A stretch of DNA of 63,629 nucleotides, counting the filler, from Stramenopiles sp. TOSAG23-3 (Eukaryota), in the NCBI GenBank assembly GCA_900128585.1. It is 10 parts of 10 records of this genome, joined end to end, with 100 filler letters (N's around TTAATTAATTAA, not from the genome) between each part and the next. Parts side by side here need not be neighbours in the genome. Positions count along the whole stretch, not along the records: positions 30,677 to 38,207 come from LT643133.1; positions 38,308 to 45,834 come from LT643134.1; 8 more parts are not named here. One strand, 5' to 3'. The notes below the pieces were generated by a model. The model ran no database searches, was not told the origin of the DNA, and saw nothing but the letters and a program-made list of their open reading frames with translations. Within the stretch, counting starts at the first letter, position 1; each line of letters begins with the position of its first letter. The translations under genes and the position numbers were made by a program. Of this stretch, positions 30,737 through 41,261 are shown one piece after another.

Positions 30737-31321
30737 CAGAAGAAGGAGACGACTGCAAGGAGAGAGAGAAAAAAAAAGAAGAGGAGGAGGGGGAGATAGG
30801 GAGGAAGAAGGATCATATTATTATTATTAGATCAACAAAGAAGAAGTAATGCAACGGTAGGTAGTGTATTATAGTATTAATATTGATAATAAAAAGAGAA
30901 ATGGAAGAAAGAAGAAGGAAGGAGAGGAAGAAGAAGAAAACACAATAAAAAAATAATAAATTATTATATAATATTTGTTGTATTAGAAGAAGACGAATCA
31001 TAATATGTAATGTATTTATTACATAAGAAGAAGAATTCATTAACCTGGTTGTTTACATAGACAATTACAAAACAAACGAATCCAAGATGGTTTTAAATTT
31101 TGTACTACGGTTTTGCCAAAAGCGTAAAGTTTCTATCAGTTTATCACTTCTATGCCTCTGAGGACTGTCTACGCAACGAAATCAAAGTAAGAAGTTTAAT
31201 CGTGTGCCTTACCTTACACGGACTGTCGGCAAAAGGGAAAGAGGCGAAATTCAGCAGTTGGAGTCCCAGAGGTTGGGGGTCAAAAGGCTTTTGGAGAATA
31301 ATTACACGGAATAAAACAGTT

Positions 31322-32509
31322 ATGGTACGCCATGGTTGCGGAAGGAAAGGGGGTAGGGGCATTTTTTCTCGGCGATTGAAATCGTTGCTGTGCCTCGCCC
31401 TGTGTGTAAATATGTTTGTGTTGGTCTATTCAACCCCGGTTTCAAAGCCGCCAGATAATACACTGGAAAACGGCGACTCTGGCTTGGACAGTTCCGTGCC
31501 CCACCGAATGGGACGGGCACCAACGGACCCGGAGCTGAAAGCGGAGTTGAAGGAAATTGACGAGGTGGTTTCTGATGCCAGCACGGCAGACGAAATTCTA
31601 CAAAACACAAATGAAGTAGCCGAAACTATAGCAAAGGCAAAAGGCGCAAACAAGTGGTTGGCCGTTTTGAAACTTTCTAACTTTTTAGGAAAGTTTACGG
31701 GGTTCTTTGGAACACTCTTAGCCCCTGGTGCTGCCTGTGCCAAAGAGTGGACAGCATCGAAAGCGGAAGGGGGTACATTTTCCGAGAAGCTAATAGATTG
31801 CATCGTAGGAGCTTGCAAAGAAACCGACGAACTGGTCATCGGCGTTGCTGCTGGCGCAACAGGTGCCAAAGTCGGGGGGTTAACTGGTGGAGCGGTGGGG
31901 GCAGCGTTGGGCGGTGTCGGAGCCGCGCCTGGTGCACTGATAGGATCGATTATTGGGGGGGTCGGGGCGGGCTATGCGGCCTCAGAAGCATACGACAACA
32001 CAACAGCGGATAGGAAGTACGATGAGGAAGTATGCGAGCAGAATGCACGGGAAAGCGCAGAGAAGCACATGAAGAAGTTGGCGACCATACTCAGGAAGGA
32101 TCTCATAAAAAATGTAGTGATGAAAATGAAAGCTGGCGCAACCCCTTGGGGCACGGAGGACCCGTCGTTGGTAGGGGAGCGCCGGTGCAAAAAAACGGTC
32201 TCGTTTGTGTCCACGTGTGATAACAATGGGGAGTGCCAAGATGATCCAGAGGCACCAGAAAGATGCGAAGGTGAGTTTGGCTGTATGTGCGACACCGATG
32301 GGGTGAATTCTTGCATTTGTGTCCCTATATCGCACCTGTCTCAAAACGAGGCAGAGGTGGATAAAGCAATAGAGAGCGAAGGCGAAGTGGAGAAGGGACC
32401 AGGGAGAGGCCCACCACGAGGAAGAGGACCCCCCGGGCGCGGCCCACCAGGGAGCTCCCCCTCACCCGAGGATTCCCCCACGACGACCACGCCGCAGAGA
32501 CTCCGATAA
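31322..32509 (+). CDS. Secreted or signal-anchored protein with a glycine-zipper hairpin and Cys-rich domain
   Basis: Hydrophobic N-terminal segment; GVAAGATGAKVGGLTGGAVGAALGGVGAAPGALIGSIIGGVGAG; Cys-rich module; GPPGRG tail. Confidence 0.75.
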   Translation: MVRHGCGRKGGRGIFSRRLKSLLCLALCVNMFVLVYSTPVSKPPDNTLENGDSGLDSSVPHRMGRAPTDPELKAELKEIDEVVSDASTADEILQNTNEVAETIAKAKGANKWLAVLKLSNFLGKFTGFFGTLLAPGAACAKEWTASKAEGGTFSEKLIDCIVGACKETDELVIGVAAGATGAKVGGLTGGAVGAALGGVGAAPGALIGSIIGGVGAGYAASEAYDNTTADRKYDEEVCEQNARESAEKHMKKLATILRKDLIKNVVMKMKAGATPWGTEDPSLVGERRCKKTVSFVSTCDNNGECQDDPEAPERCEGEFGCMCDTDGVNSCICVPISHLSQNEAEVDKAIESEGEVEKGPGRGPPRGRGPPGRGPPGSSPSPEDSPTTTTPQRLR

Positions 32510-33325
32510 CCCTCCCTATAAAAATCGGAAGAAAAACTGTAATGTTTAGGGGTATATTCCATAATCAAATTCCTCATCCGGTGTCCCATTCATAGATGAC
32601 TCATTAAAATTATTTTGAAATAACACAGCAAATTTTCTTGTTTTTATTTATTTGATTAATCAAAATCTCAGGAGCAGAGATAACTTCGCATCGTTTATGA
32701 AGAAGATAGTCGGGGTCGTCTAAATTTTAATCACTTTTTAAATTAATATAACTAACAGCCAATTTTTTGTTTTTTTTTTATACTTTTTTATTTTTAAATA
32801 ATAATCACAATTGGAATCTTGACTCAGACGAGAACTTGGGGGGGAGGATCTGCAATAGGAGGAGAACTGACACCTTCTTTTTTCTTTAATTTTAATTATT
32901 TTATTATTCTATAATAAAATAACAGCCAATTTTTCTGATTAATAAATAATAATAATATACAACAATCATATTATAACACCACCACCACCACCCCGCCCAC
33001 TTCCAACAACAACAACGACACAAAGAAAAAGAAGAAGAAGAAAAAGAAGAAGAAGAAAAAGAAGAGAAAATAAAATGTTGTTTTATTTTTTTATAATATT
33101 TTTTTCTTCTTTTCTTCTTCTTCTTCTTCTTCATTCAAATATTATTATAATTATTATTATAAAATCTTAGTATAACTATACTGTGAGTGGACGTCACACT
33201 ACTATTATATATAAACATAAGAATTTTTAGTGTATACCGAGTTAGGTTTCACATTTACAGAAGTTTTACTAAGAGGGAATAGAAATTTACATTGTAGCAT
33301 TTAAATCGTAGCAACCTGCTAGAAA

Positions 33326-35287
33326 ATGGCGTTTAAATTGAATCCCGTGGCAACCTTGGTCCTTTTGTTGTTGTCGTCCCGGGCCGTAGACGCGTGCACA
33401 TCGAACAACGGTGGAGGATGGGCAACGTCCGTGCTGACGTCTTCGATTGATTTTAAAGTTTATCACAAAGTCGTAGGAAATGTCCTTCACATGCGGCTCG
33501 ACGCTGAACATGTTGCTCAGCGGTGGCTTGGCTTTGGGTTTGCCGAGCAAACCTCTGGCCACATGAAAGGTAGCGACATGGTCACTGCAAGCATTGACAG
33601 CGACGGAAATACCGTGGTCGAGGACCGATATGCAACTTTTGCACCGTCGAAGTACCCGGGAACAAACTCCGGAAAATACGATGGATTAACCGCGAAAGTA
33701 GACACTCGCCAGGACTACACGGTAGTTTGCGGGAAAATTGAAAGCGGGCGAATGGAAATTTACGTCACGAGGGCGTTGGACACTGGCGACAAGCAGGACC
33801 GGGTGGTTGGGCAAGGACCGCGCCGAATCGTATGGAGCTACGGCACGGGCTCGGCGGTAGGGTACCATGGGGCCAACCGGGGCGCGGCGACAGTCACGTT
33901 TGTCGCCGGTGGCACTCAGCGATCGATGCCAAGCACCGATGGGAGCTGGGTGCGTAAGTTTTCAAACTACACGATTCCTGCGCAAACGACAACGTACGCA
34001 TGCCAGTCCTTCTCGTTTCCTACCGACAAAGATAGGCACGTTGTTGCGATAAAACCGGTAATCAACGAAGGCACGAAAGGGTACCCTCACCATGCGATTC
34101 TGCACGTTTGCCAAAACAATAGTTACTGGGATGACCATGTAACACCGAACATTTGCTCTCACAACGAAGGGTCATCAGCCGGGTCCAGCCCGCTGGGGCT
34201 ACCTTCGTCACAATGTTCCAGCTTGATGTGGTCTTGGGCCGTCGGGCTGGGGGACTTTATTTTACCCAGCAATGCTGGCTTTCTGATTGGAAACGGGACC
34301 TCAAAACTGTCGCACGTGATTCTTGAAATCCACTACGATAACCCACAACAGACTGCCAACGCAATCGACTCTACCGGGTTCGAGGCGTTTTATGTGGACA
34401 CACCGAGACAGCACAACGCCGCGGGAATGACGCTAGGCGATCCGACAGCTTCGTTTTCGAGTTCAACCACAGGTTCTCTGCCGTATGAGGTTGGGGCTCT
34501 ACCAATTGCAACCGAAAGCGTGCACCGCCAGGCGACGTGCCCATCTCAGTGCACCACCGATTTGTCCCAGGAAATCACCGTTTTCAGCGGCTTACTGCAC
34601 ATGCACCATTTCGGGGAGAAAATCTACACCGACCTGTACAACTCCTCTGGAAACTTTGTGAAAACAACAAACCGTATTGATTTCTGGGACAACGGGTTTC
34701 AACAAATGCGGGACGATGATGCACTTTCGTACACAATAAAACCGGGCGATTCGCTTCAAACCCACTGCTGGTTTAATACGAAAGGGATCGGTAGTGGAAG
34801 CGCCATCCCTTTCGGGCCTGCAACAGGTGACGAAATGTGCATGGATTTTATCTTCTACTACCCTGCCCAATATCGCGGGGATGACGACAACGGGATCCCG
34901 CAATTGTTCGCTTTCTGTGGCGGAAGAATTGACAGCAATAGCTTGGTTACTGTATGCGGGGGTATGGGTCAGACTAGCAAGAGTCCGTTCCTCACATCAT
35001 CAGAGCAATTGAGCCGAGACAATAGCTCATACACCGACCCGCTGGGGTTTGGCCAAGCAACACCTGCGTCACCGAGCCCGGCGGGGTCGTCGCCGAGCCC
35101 GGCGGGGTCGTCGCCAAGCCCGGCGGGGTCGTCGCCGAGCCCGGCGGGGTCGTCGCCAAGCCCGAATGAATCAGGTCGCGACGTAATGGCGAAGACAAGT
35201 GCAGCCAGACCGCACGAGCCATCCATCTATGCATTCGCGCTTTACGCAGCATGCATGTCATATTTGTACATTTACACGCATTATTAG
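33326..35287 (+). CDS. DOMON plus copper type II ascorbate-dependent monooxygenase (MOXD1/DBH-like)
   Basis: Signal peptide; DOMON WLGFGF..MKGSDMV; Cu ligands PHHAILH, LEIHYDNP, LHMHH, DEMC; Ser/Pro stalk and hydrophobic tail. Confidence 0.93.
   Translation: MAFKLNPVATLVLLLLSSRAVDACTSNNGGGWATSVLTSSIDFKVYHKVVGNVLHMRLDAEHVAQRWLGFGFAEQTSGHMKGSDMVTASIDSDGNTVVEDRYATFAPSKYPGTNSGKYDGLTAKVDTRQDYTVVCGKIESGRMEIYVTRALDTGDKQDRVVGQGPRRIVWSYGTGSAVGYHGANRGAATVTFVAGGTQRSMPSTDGSWVRKFSNYTIPAQTTTYACQSFSFPTDKDRHVVAIKPVINEGTKGYPHHAILHVCQNNSYWDDHVTPNICSHNEGSSAGSSPLGLPSSQCSSLMWSWAVGLGDFILPSNAGFLIGNGTSKLSHVILEIHYDNPQQTANAIDSTGFEAFYVDTPRQHNAAGMTLGDPTASFSSSTTGSLPYEVGALPIATESVHRQATCPSQCTTDLSQEITVFSGLLHMHHFGEKIYTDLYNSSGNFVKTTNRIDFWDNGFQQMRDDDALSYTIKPGDSLQTHCWFNTKGIGSGSAIPFGPATGDEMCMDFIFYYPAQYRGDDDNGIPQLFAFCGGRIDSNSLVTVCGGMGQTSKSPFLTSSEQLSRDNSSYTDPLGFGQATPASPSPAGSSPSPAGSSPSPAGSSPSPAGSSPSPNESGRDVMAKTSAARPHEPSIYAFALYAACMSYLYIYTHY
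35068..35164 (+). repeat. 21-bp coding tandem repeat (SPSPAGS)x4-5
   Basis: TCGCCGAGCCCGGCGGGGTCG units. Confidence 0.95.
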
Positions 35288-35760
35288 AGTACCAAATAGG
35301 CGTGCAGGTGTGTGCGAGGTAATTTACTGCGCGAGTGCATCTTTTGAAAAAGAACTAAAGTAAGTGTTTACGTCATGTGATATGATAATTCAGTCATCTG
35401 AATTTAATTTACTCACAATGTGGTCAGTAGTCATAGTTCTGGAATTGAATCTCCAAGTTTGGTCCAAGTTTTAGAGACACCGGCAGGTGATTCACTCGTT
35501 TAGGCTAATCGGAGTTGAGCCGTTTCAGCCAGTCGTAATGTATTGATTCACGACACCACCTGAGGGCGATAATGTGCTTTTGTAGTTGGGTCCCTCTTGG
35601 CCTTTGTACCCATTGTTGTGTGCCATTTTCGTTTAAGTATGATGTAATAAAAAACAGTGTTTTTGTGTATTTTTAAGATTCTTATAACAATATTTTAACT
35701 TAGTGTGGAATAATTAAAAACCGAGACACTGGAGGAAGAAGTTGATTATTGGGTCTTTTG

Positions 35761-36027
35761 AAAGCAAATGCTGATTCATCTATCGGTTCAGATTATGAAT
35801 GGAGTACACAGGGGAATAATAGTCAACACTAAGTGACAAGGGTATATCGATTAGTAAAACCAAAATAGCAAAGATAAGTTCGCAGTCCATGAAGGAATGC
35901 AAACCTCGAATGTCTAAATTTAGAGTTCAGTTCGCAGTACATTAATTTTAATTACTTAAAAATAAACAAGAAAATTGTCTGTTATTACTTTAAATAACAA
36001 CACAGCCAATTTTAATTTTCTTGTTTT
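35761..36027. repeat. Dispersed non-coding repeat element, copy B, ending in an inverted pair of the 25-bp motif
   Basis: Aligns to 11791-11945 with an extra ~43-nt insert. Confidence 0.85.
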
Positions 36028-36052
36028 AATTAAAAACCGAATAGTACTCTTT

Positions 36053-37348
36053 TCAACAAAAGTACCCGTTTCTGTTCGTCTTCCCTTTTGGATTTGCTGC
36101 CAGCTTTCTTTTGTCATCCGCTCGGAGCTTCCAGTCCCCCCCCGCTCGCAATTTTACCCTTGAGTCCCAATCGGACACGGGGTCCTTCCCCAGAATGCTA
36201 TCAATTTGTTCCATCCACCCGTAGATTATGCCCAACTGTTCTTGCTCCAGAGGTGGTTTGCTTTCCACGTAATCCATCATCTCCTTGTCCTCTCCGGTGT
36301 TTTCTAATTTATCAAGGTGCTCCTCCCATTTCCCATGTATCGTTTCTAACAAATCCGGCTTTCGCTCTTTCACGTAATTGTACCTCCACTGAAAGTACAT
36401 GTGGTACATCAGGTTCGGGTTGCTTTTGCATTTTGCCGCGGTTTCCTCCACCCGGCCCGGGAAAAACAAAACCTCGTGGAAGGTCTCCCACTCCTTCGTA
36501 TTCTTTTCTGTTGCGGCATGCATGGTTTCAAACGTTCCCGTATGGTGGATTTTTTCATACAAAATGTCGACGGGGTAGGACTGCTGGGTGGACGACCCGA
36601 CGGGCTGCATGTGAAGGTCCGTTTCTGCGCCGCTGGTAATCAGGTAAAACATTGCAAGAAAGTCGTCGTTCCACATTGCTTGCAATATAGGATATCTCCC
36701 GAACCCCTCCGTTGCCTGGTCGATATCGTTCGTCCGGGCCCCGGCGTCTATCAATCTTATTATGGCACTCGTCCGGTTGTCTTCTAGGTTATGGGGTTGG
36801 TCGTCCCCCCCCCGAACGTTCCGGTACCGGCACGCAAAGTTCAGGGCCGAGACGGGGTACCCGTAACTCCCTATCGCGACCTGGTTGATATAGGCCGTGT
36901 CGCCATCTGCGCATGCTATCAAGGACGCAACTATCTTTCCTTTTGCATTGATCGCCGCAAGCATCAAAGGGGTGTATCCCAAGTGCGATGCCTTTTTTAC
37001 AACGTGCTTCTTGTGCATGAGCATGTTCTTTACAGTGGTATGGGAGTCCTCCTCGTGGCAGCAGGCGTACAGGAACGCAGTCCAGCCCATATCGTCGTCT
37101 TGGTCAATGTCTGCGCCAAATTTACCCAACAGGCTCTTCACAACATTTGGCTTGTTCGCAACGACGGCCGCAATAAGGGGGGTGTACGTGCACCCCGACT
37201 CTGGGGCCGCTGGGTTGTCCGTGTAAATGTAATTGGCTTTCGCCCCTTGCCCGATCAAACGTTCTACCTTTGCACAGTCACCTTCGTCTATTGCGGCCTT
37301 CAGACTGTTCTGCAGCTCAACAGCCTCTTTCGAAAAATCTCCTCCCAT
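36053..37348 (-). CDS. Ankyrin-repeat protein (possible N-myristoylation MGGDFS)
   Basis: TPLIAAV, GWTAFLYAC and GYTPLMLAA ankyrin motifs. Likely ATG at 37348. Confidence 0.88.
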   Translation of the reverse strand: MGGDFSKEAVELQNSLKAAIDEGDCAKVERLIGQGAKANYIYTDNPAAPESGCTYTPLIAAVVANKPNVVKSLLGKFGADIDQDDDMGWTAFLYACCHEEDSHTTVKNMLMHKKHVVKKASHLGYTPLMLAAINAKGKIVASLIACADGDTAYINQVAIGSYGYPVSALNFACRYRNVRGGDDQPHNLEDNRTSAIIRLIDAGARTNDIDQATEGFGRYPILQAMWNDDFLAMFYLITSGAETDLHMQPVGSSTQQSYPVDILYEKIHHTGTFETMHAATEKNTKEWETFHEVLFFPGRVEETAAKCKSNPNLMYHMYFQWRYNYVKERKPDLLETIHGKWEEHLDKLENTGEDKEMMDYVESKPPLEQEQLGIIYGWMEQIDSILGKDPVSDWDSRVKLRAGGDWKLRADDKRKLAANPKGKTNRNGYFC

Positions 37349-37820
37349 GATCCGAGTGCAATAGCGGTCCAGTGAGAGCAGACTCGGCACCGTGAGTGAA
37401 GCGGGCAGTGTATTCCTTCTCCACACGAAAAGAAAGTCGTAGAGAGGCCAAGCTTGATGATTGTACAACGGAACGATTAGTATGACGTTTTGGCAATAAT
37501 CATTAAAAAAAAAAAAAAAAAGTAGTTATCTTCTCATCAGAAAAAAATCATCTCATCCTCCTCCACCACCACCGACGACGAACAAATCCCTATTGTTTAT
37601 TGTATATTCTATTAATAGACTATTGAATAATACAGATAAAATAAAGAATATAACTGTATACTATTAAATTATATTTTAAATTAGACGACTACTATGAAGT
37701 ATTAATTAATACGTACGTACTTACGTGTAGGCCGTTATTTATTTATATACCAGTGTATATAATAATACATGTATTTAACATTGTGAAATAAAAACAACTA
37801 TGCCCCCCCTTCTTATAATC

Positions 37821-38039
37821 CTTTCTTTCTTTTCTTTTCTTTCTTTTTTATTTATAGATTTTTCTTTCTTTCTTTTCTTTCTTTCTTTTCTTTTCTTTTC
37901 TTTTCTTTCTTTTCTTTCTTTCTTTCTTTCTTTCGACTCTTTCTTTCTTTCTTTTCTTTTCTTTCTTTCTTTTCTTTCGACTCTTTCTTTTCTTTCTTTT
38001 CTTTCTTTCTTTTCTTTCGACTCTTTCTTTCTTTCTTTT
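37821..38039. repeat. Degenerate (CTTT)n satellite with recurring TTTCGACTC interruptions
   Basis: Three TTTCGACTCTTT units. The same unit appears in reverse (AAGAGTCGAAAG) at ~62287. Confidence 0.9.
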
Positions 38040-38207
38040 AAATTGATAGGATTAGTATAGTAATAGTATTCATATACTAATATGATGTGATGGCTTCTTG
38101 TTAACTTGTTAACCAAGAAAGAAGAAAGAAGAAGAAAAAACTGAAGAAGAAGAAAGATAAAATATTAAAAAAATATAAAAAAATAATAAAATTTAATAAA
38201 AAATCAC

Positions 38208-38307
38208 NNNNNNNNNNNNNNNNNNNNNNNNNNNNNNNNNNNNNNNNNNNNTTAATTAATTAANNNNNNNNNNNNNNNNNNNNNNNNNNNNNNNNNNNNN
38301 NNNNNNN
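38208..38307. other. Artificial contig linker
   Basis: N44-TTAATTAATTAA-N44. Confidence 0.98.
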
Positions 38308-38386
38308 AAAATAGAATAAATTCTGAAACTGTTGTTACGACTACCGGTTTTGTATTGTTAATTAAATTATAACCTATGAAAGTTTG
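38308..38386. repeat. 79-bp exact inverted copy of 40822-40900
   Basis: Base-by-base reverse-complement identity. Confidence 0.95.
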
Positions 38387-39304
38387 AACTTAAGCCACCT
38401 GATCGGTACGCCCTTACTTCGGGGTTACATGCACGGTTTCTTCATGGATGCAAGGCTGTACGTACGCGTGAAAGCCGTCGCGGCCCCCGAAAAGTACGAC
38501 GAATGGCGCAAGCAGCAAATTAAGAAGAAGATCGAAGCCAAGCAGAGCCAGCGTATCAACATCCGCTCGTCGTTGCCGTCCGTGAACAAGGAGCTTGCTC
38601 TAAAACACTTGTCCAACGACAAAGAGGCGGACGGTGGGGACGATCGCTTTAAAGACATGTTCTCTAACCCCGACTTTCAAATTGACGAAGAGTCTGAAGA
38701 GTTTAAGTTGGCATTCCCAAGTGGCATTACGACAAAAGAGAAAGAGCTACGAAAGAAGGTGGGGTTGGGGAAAGCCGGGAGCGCCCCAGCCTATGATTCT
38801 GACAGCAACCACAGCGACGGGGATGGACACGATCCATTCGGCATGTCAAAGGATGATGACGAGGAGATATTTAGCAATGCCAGGTTCAAGAAAATGGTCC
38901 AACATCATCAAGAGGAGAACGGCAAGGAGGCTGAAAGTACCAAGGTGGTGGCGGAGACAAAAAAGCAGACGAAAAAGCTGACTTTCAACCATGTACATAA
39001 CGCAGAACTAGTGCCGGGATCAGAGAAAACCATAAAACGAAAGCGAGAGTTAGAGAAGAAGCGCCTGACGACATCTTTTACGAACAGGCTGGACGAAGAG
39101 AAGCTTATGTTGCAGAAGATGAAGGAAAAGCGGGAAAATAACAAAAAAGATGGTGGAATTTACAGCATCACATACAAAGCTGGCAGCGAGCGAGCAGACC
39201 AGCGCGATAGAAAAAAAGGGGGAAGCAGTCGTGGGCACAACACCTTCAGCGCTGGAAAAAGTGGTGGTGGAAAAAAGAGGAGAAAGAAAAAAGGAGATTG
39301 GTGA
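38378..39304 (+). CDS. NOL10: Nucleolar protein 10 / Enp2, C-terminal part (5'-truncated)
   Basis: LSHLIGTPLLRGYMHGFFMDARLY; NUC153-like DDRFKDMFSNPDFQIDEESEEFK. Confidence 0.9.
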   Translation, partial: ESLNLSHLIGTPLLRGYMHGFFMDARLYVRVKAVAAPEKYDEWRKQQIKKKIEAKQSQRINIRSSLPSVNKELALKHLSNDKEADGGDDRFKDMFSNPDFQIDEESEEFKLAFPSGITTKEKELRKKVGLGKAGSAPAYDSDSNHSDGDGHDPFGMSKDDDEEIFSNARFKKMVQHHQEENGKEAESTKVVAETKKQTKKLTFNHVHNAELVPGSEKTIKRKRELEKKRLTTSFTNRLDEEKLMLQKMKEKRENNKKDGGIYSITYKAGSERADQRDRKKGGSSRGHNTFSAGKSGGGKKRRKKKGDW

Positions 39305-41261
39305 CGAAATTTTTTACTTGCAAATGGGGTTGAAACGAAGCCAGCAGACCTAAAACATTTTTAATTAGCGCTTAATGTGTACGCACAAGGTTCTCCTCGA
39401 AATAATGTATTTTGTTTTTTTTACGTCAATTCCTTGTGGTTCAAAACAATTATTGAAAATTACTTCTACACTATAAACTGAATAAGAATAAGGTTTTTTT
39501 TCTTTCTCAACATCAAAGTAACCTTGAGTTGGTTTACCAATCAAATTGACACATTTACTTAATAATTTTTAGATAAACTGAAGAATATTAGTTTATTCTT
39601 CTTCTTTTCGTTTCTATCAGTATGGGAGGGGGTAAACTTTGAGTTCGCACACTGTAATCTACTGACGGCACGTTCTTTTAAGCACTAGACTACCCGGCAT
39701 ACCACCTGCTGCAGCGAAAGCAGCAAATTCACCAACCTAGAGATTCTATATACAAAGTCTGCGCGTTCGCTCCTAGCCTTTTAACTGCACAGTAACCTAC
39801 GCGTCTCTTGAAGTCAACCTGTTGAAAAAAAGGGAAGTTCGCAGCTGCGAATGTGAGTTTTATTAGCAAATACCATACACAGTCCAGGCACCGATCAACG
39901 ACATACACAAAACCCAAGTGGTCATTATCGGTTCCTCATCGTTGTTAAAAAGACCCGGGTCCTCACAATTTAAGACTAAAAAAAAATCCAAGCGCTGCCA
40001 TGTACGCACGAATGTCTTGCCAATCGTCTACGTCACCAGAGTCGCTAGCGCTATGAACAGAACCAAACAAGTTGAACACCACGACTAGGCACAACGTAAG
40101 CTTCACAAGGTATTTGCGGTTGCACACCATGTTTCTACACCAGAAACTTCACGACACCACGAGTAAGCTTCTTGCACGGAGGCTATATTCTGAACGTGCA
40201 ATTGTAATGTGTTCAAAGCGTACGTGTAAAACTGTTGATCGTTACTTCGAACACAGCCCCCTTTCTCCCCGCAAAAATGCTCGGTTCCAGTTCGGGTAGT
40301 TTTACTCACACTACCAATAATAATAATTTGTCCCTCCTTCATTTATCTTCTTGTTATTATACTATGCACCTGTGGTGCGGTAATTAAGTTATACTAAAAA
40401 TTGGCAGAGCAATGTACAGAATATATAATAACGTTCCACCACTTCTTCCTCTTCTTTTCTTCTTCAATTGTTTGATTGCTTGCTATCTGCTATCTCGATC
40501 GTAGAGCGGTAAGTATACCAAAAGCTATTTCACCCTATTTCCTTCTTGATTTGACCAATCAAAGCAAAGGAAAATACAAATTGTCAGCCTTGGCCCTTCG
40601 CCCTTGTGTACTTCGATTTTTTAAAATTTTAGTCTGAATAGTAAAGCTATAATCTTTTATAATAGTACTACACAGTACTGCTTCATTTTTCTTGGTTTTT
40701 ATTCTTCTACTTGATACGAGGAGCTTTAGAATACAATGAATATGTGCTATATTTACCTATTATACTCGTATTATATAGGATAAATAAGAAGACATAAATA
40801 TTGACTATATCTATATATGAACAAACTTTCATAGGTTATAATTTAATTAACAATACAAAACCGGTAGTCGTAACAACAGTTTCAGAATTTATTCTATTTT
40901 TCTTTTCATTTTCTACTTTTAGTTGCTATTCTTATGTAATAACTAGAGATAATTGTCATTAATTTCATACTTTTTTGTATAACGAATAAGCGAAATAAAA
41001 AATGAAGGAAAGGAGAAAGCATTGTACTAATAAGGTACAAAAGGAAATATTTAATAGCATTTTATTAGTGGTCACCAAAAAAAAAGGGGGGCCCATCGGT
41101 TTATCGACCAATCGGTGTGTTTGGAATCATGGAAGTTAAAGAGATGATCTTAAACGATTTGATCTGACATTTCAATTAATATTCGCAATGAAAATAAGTA
41201 AAATCAACAATATCGTGTTATTGTTTGAATCGAAAGTTTACATTTTGTTCCAAGGTTTTCA

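Noticed and set aside
39640-40340. Moderately GC-rich stretch with short ORFs
   Set aside because: No recognisable protein or RNA motif. It may be decayed coding DNA, but this cannot be supported.
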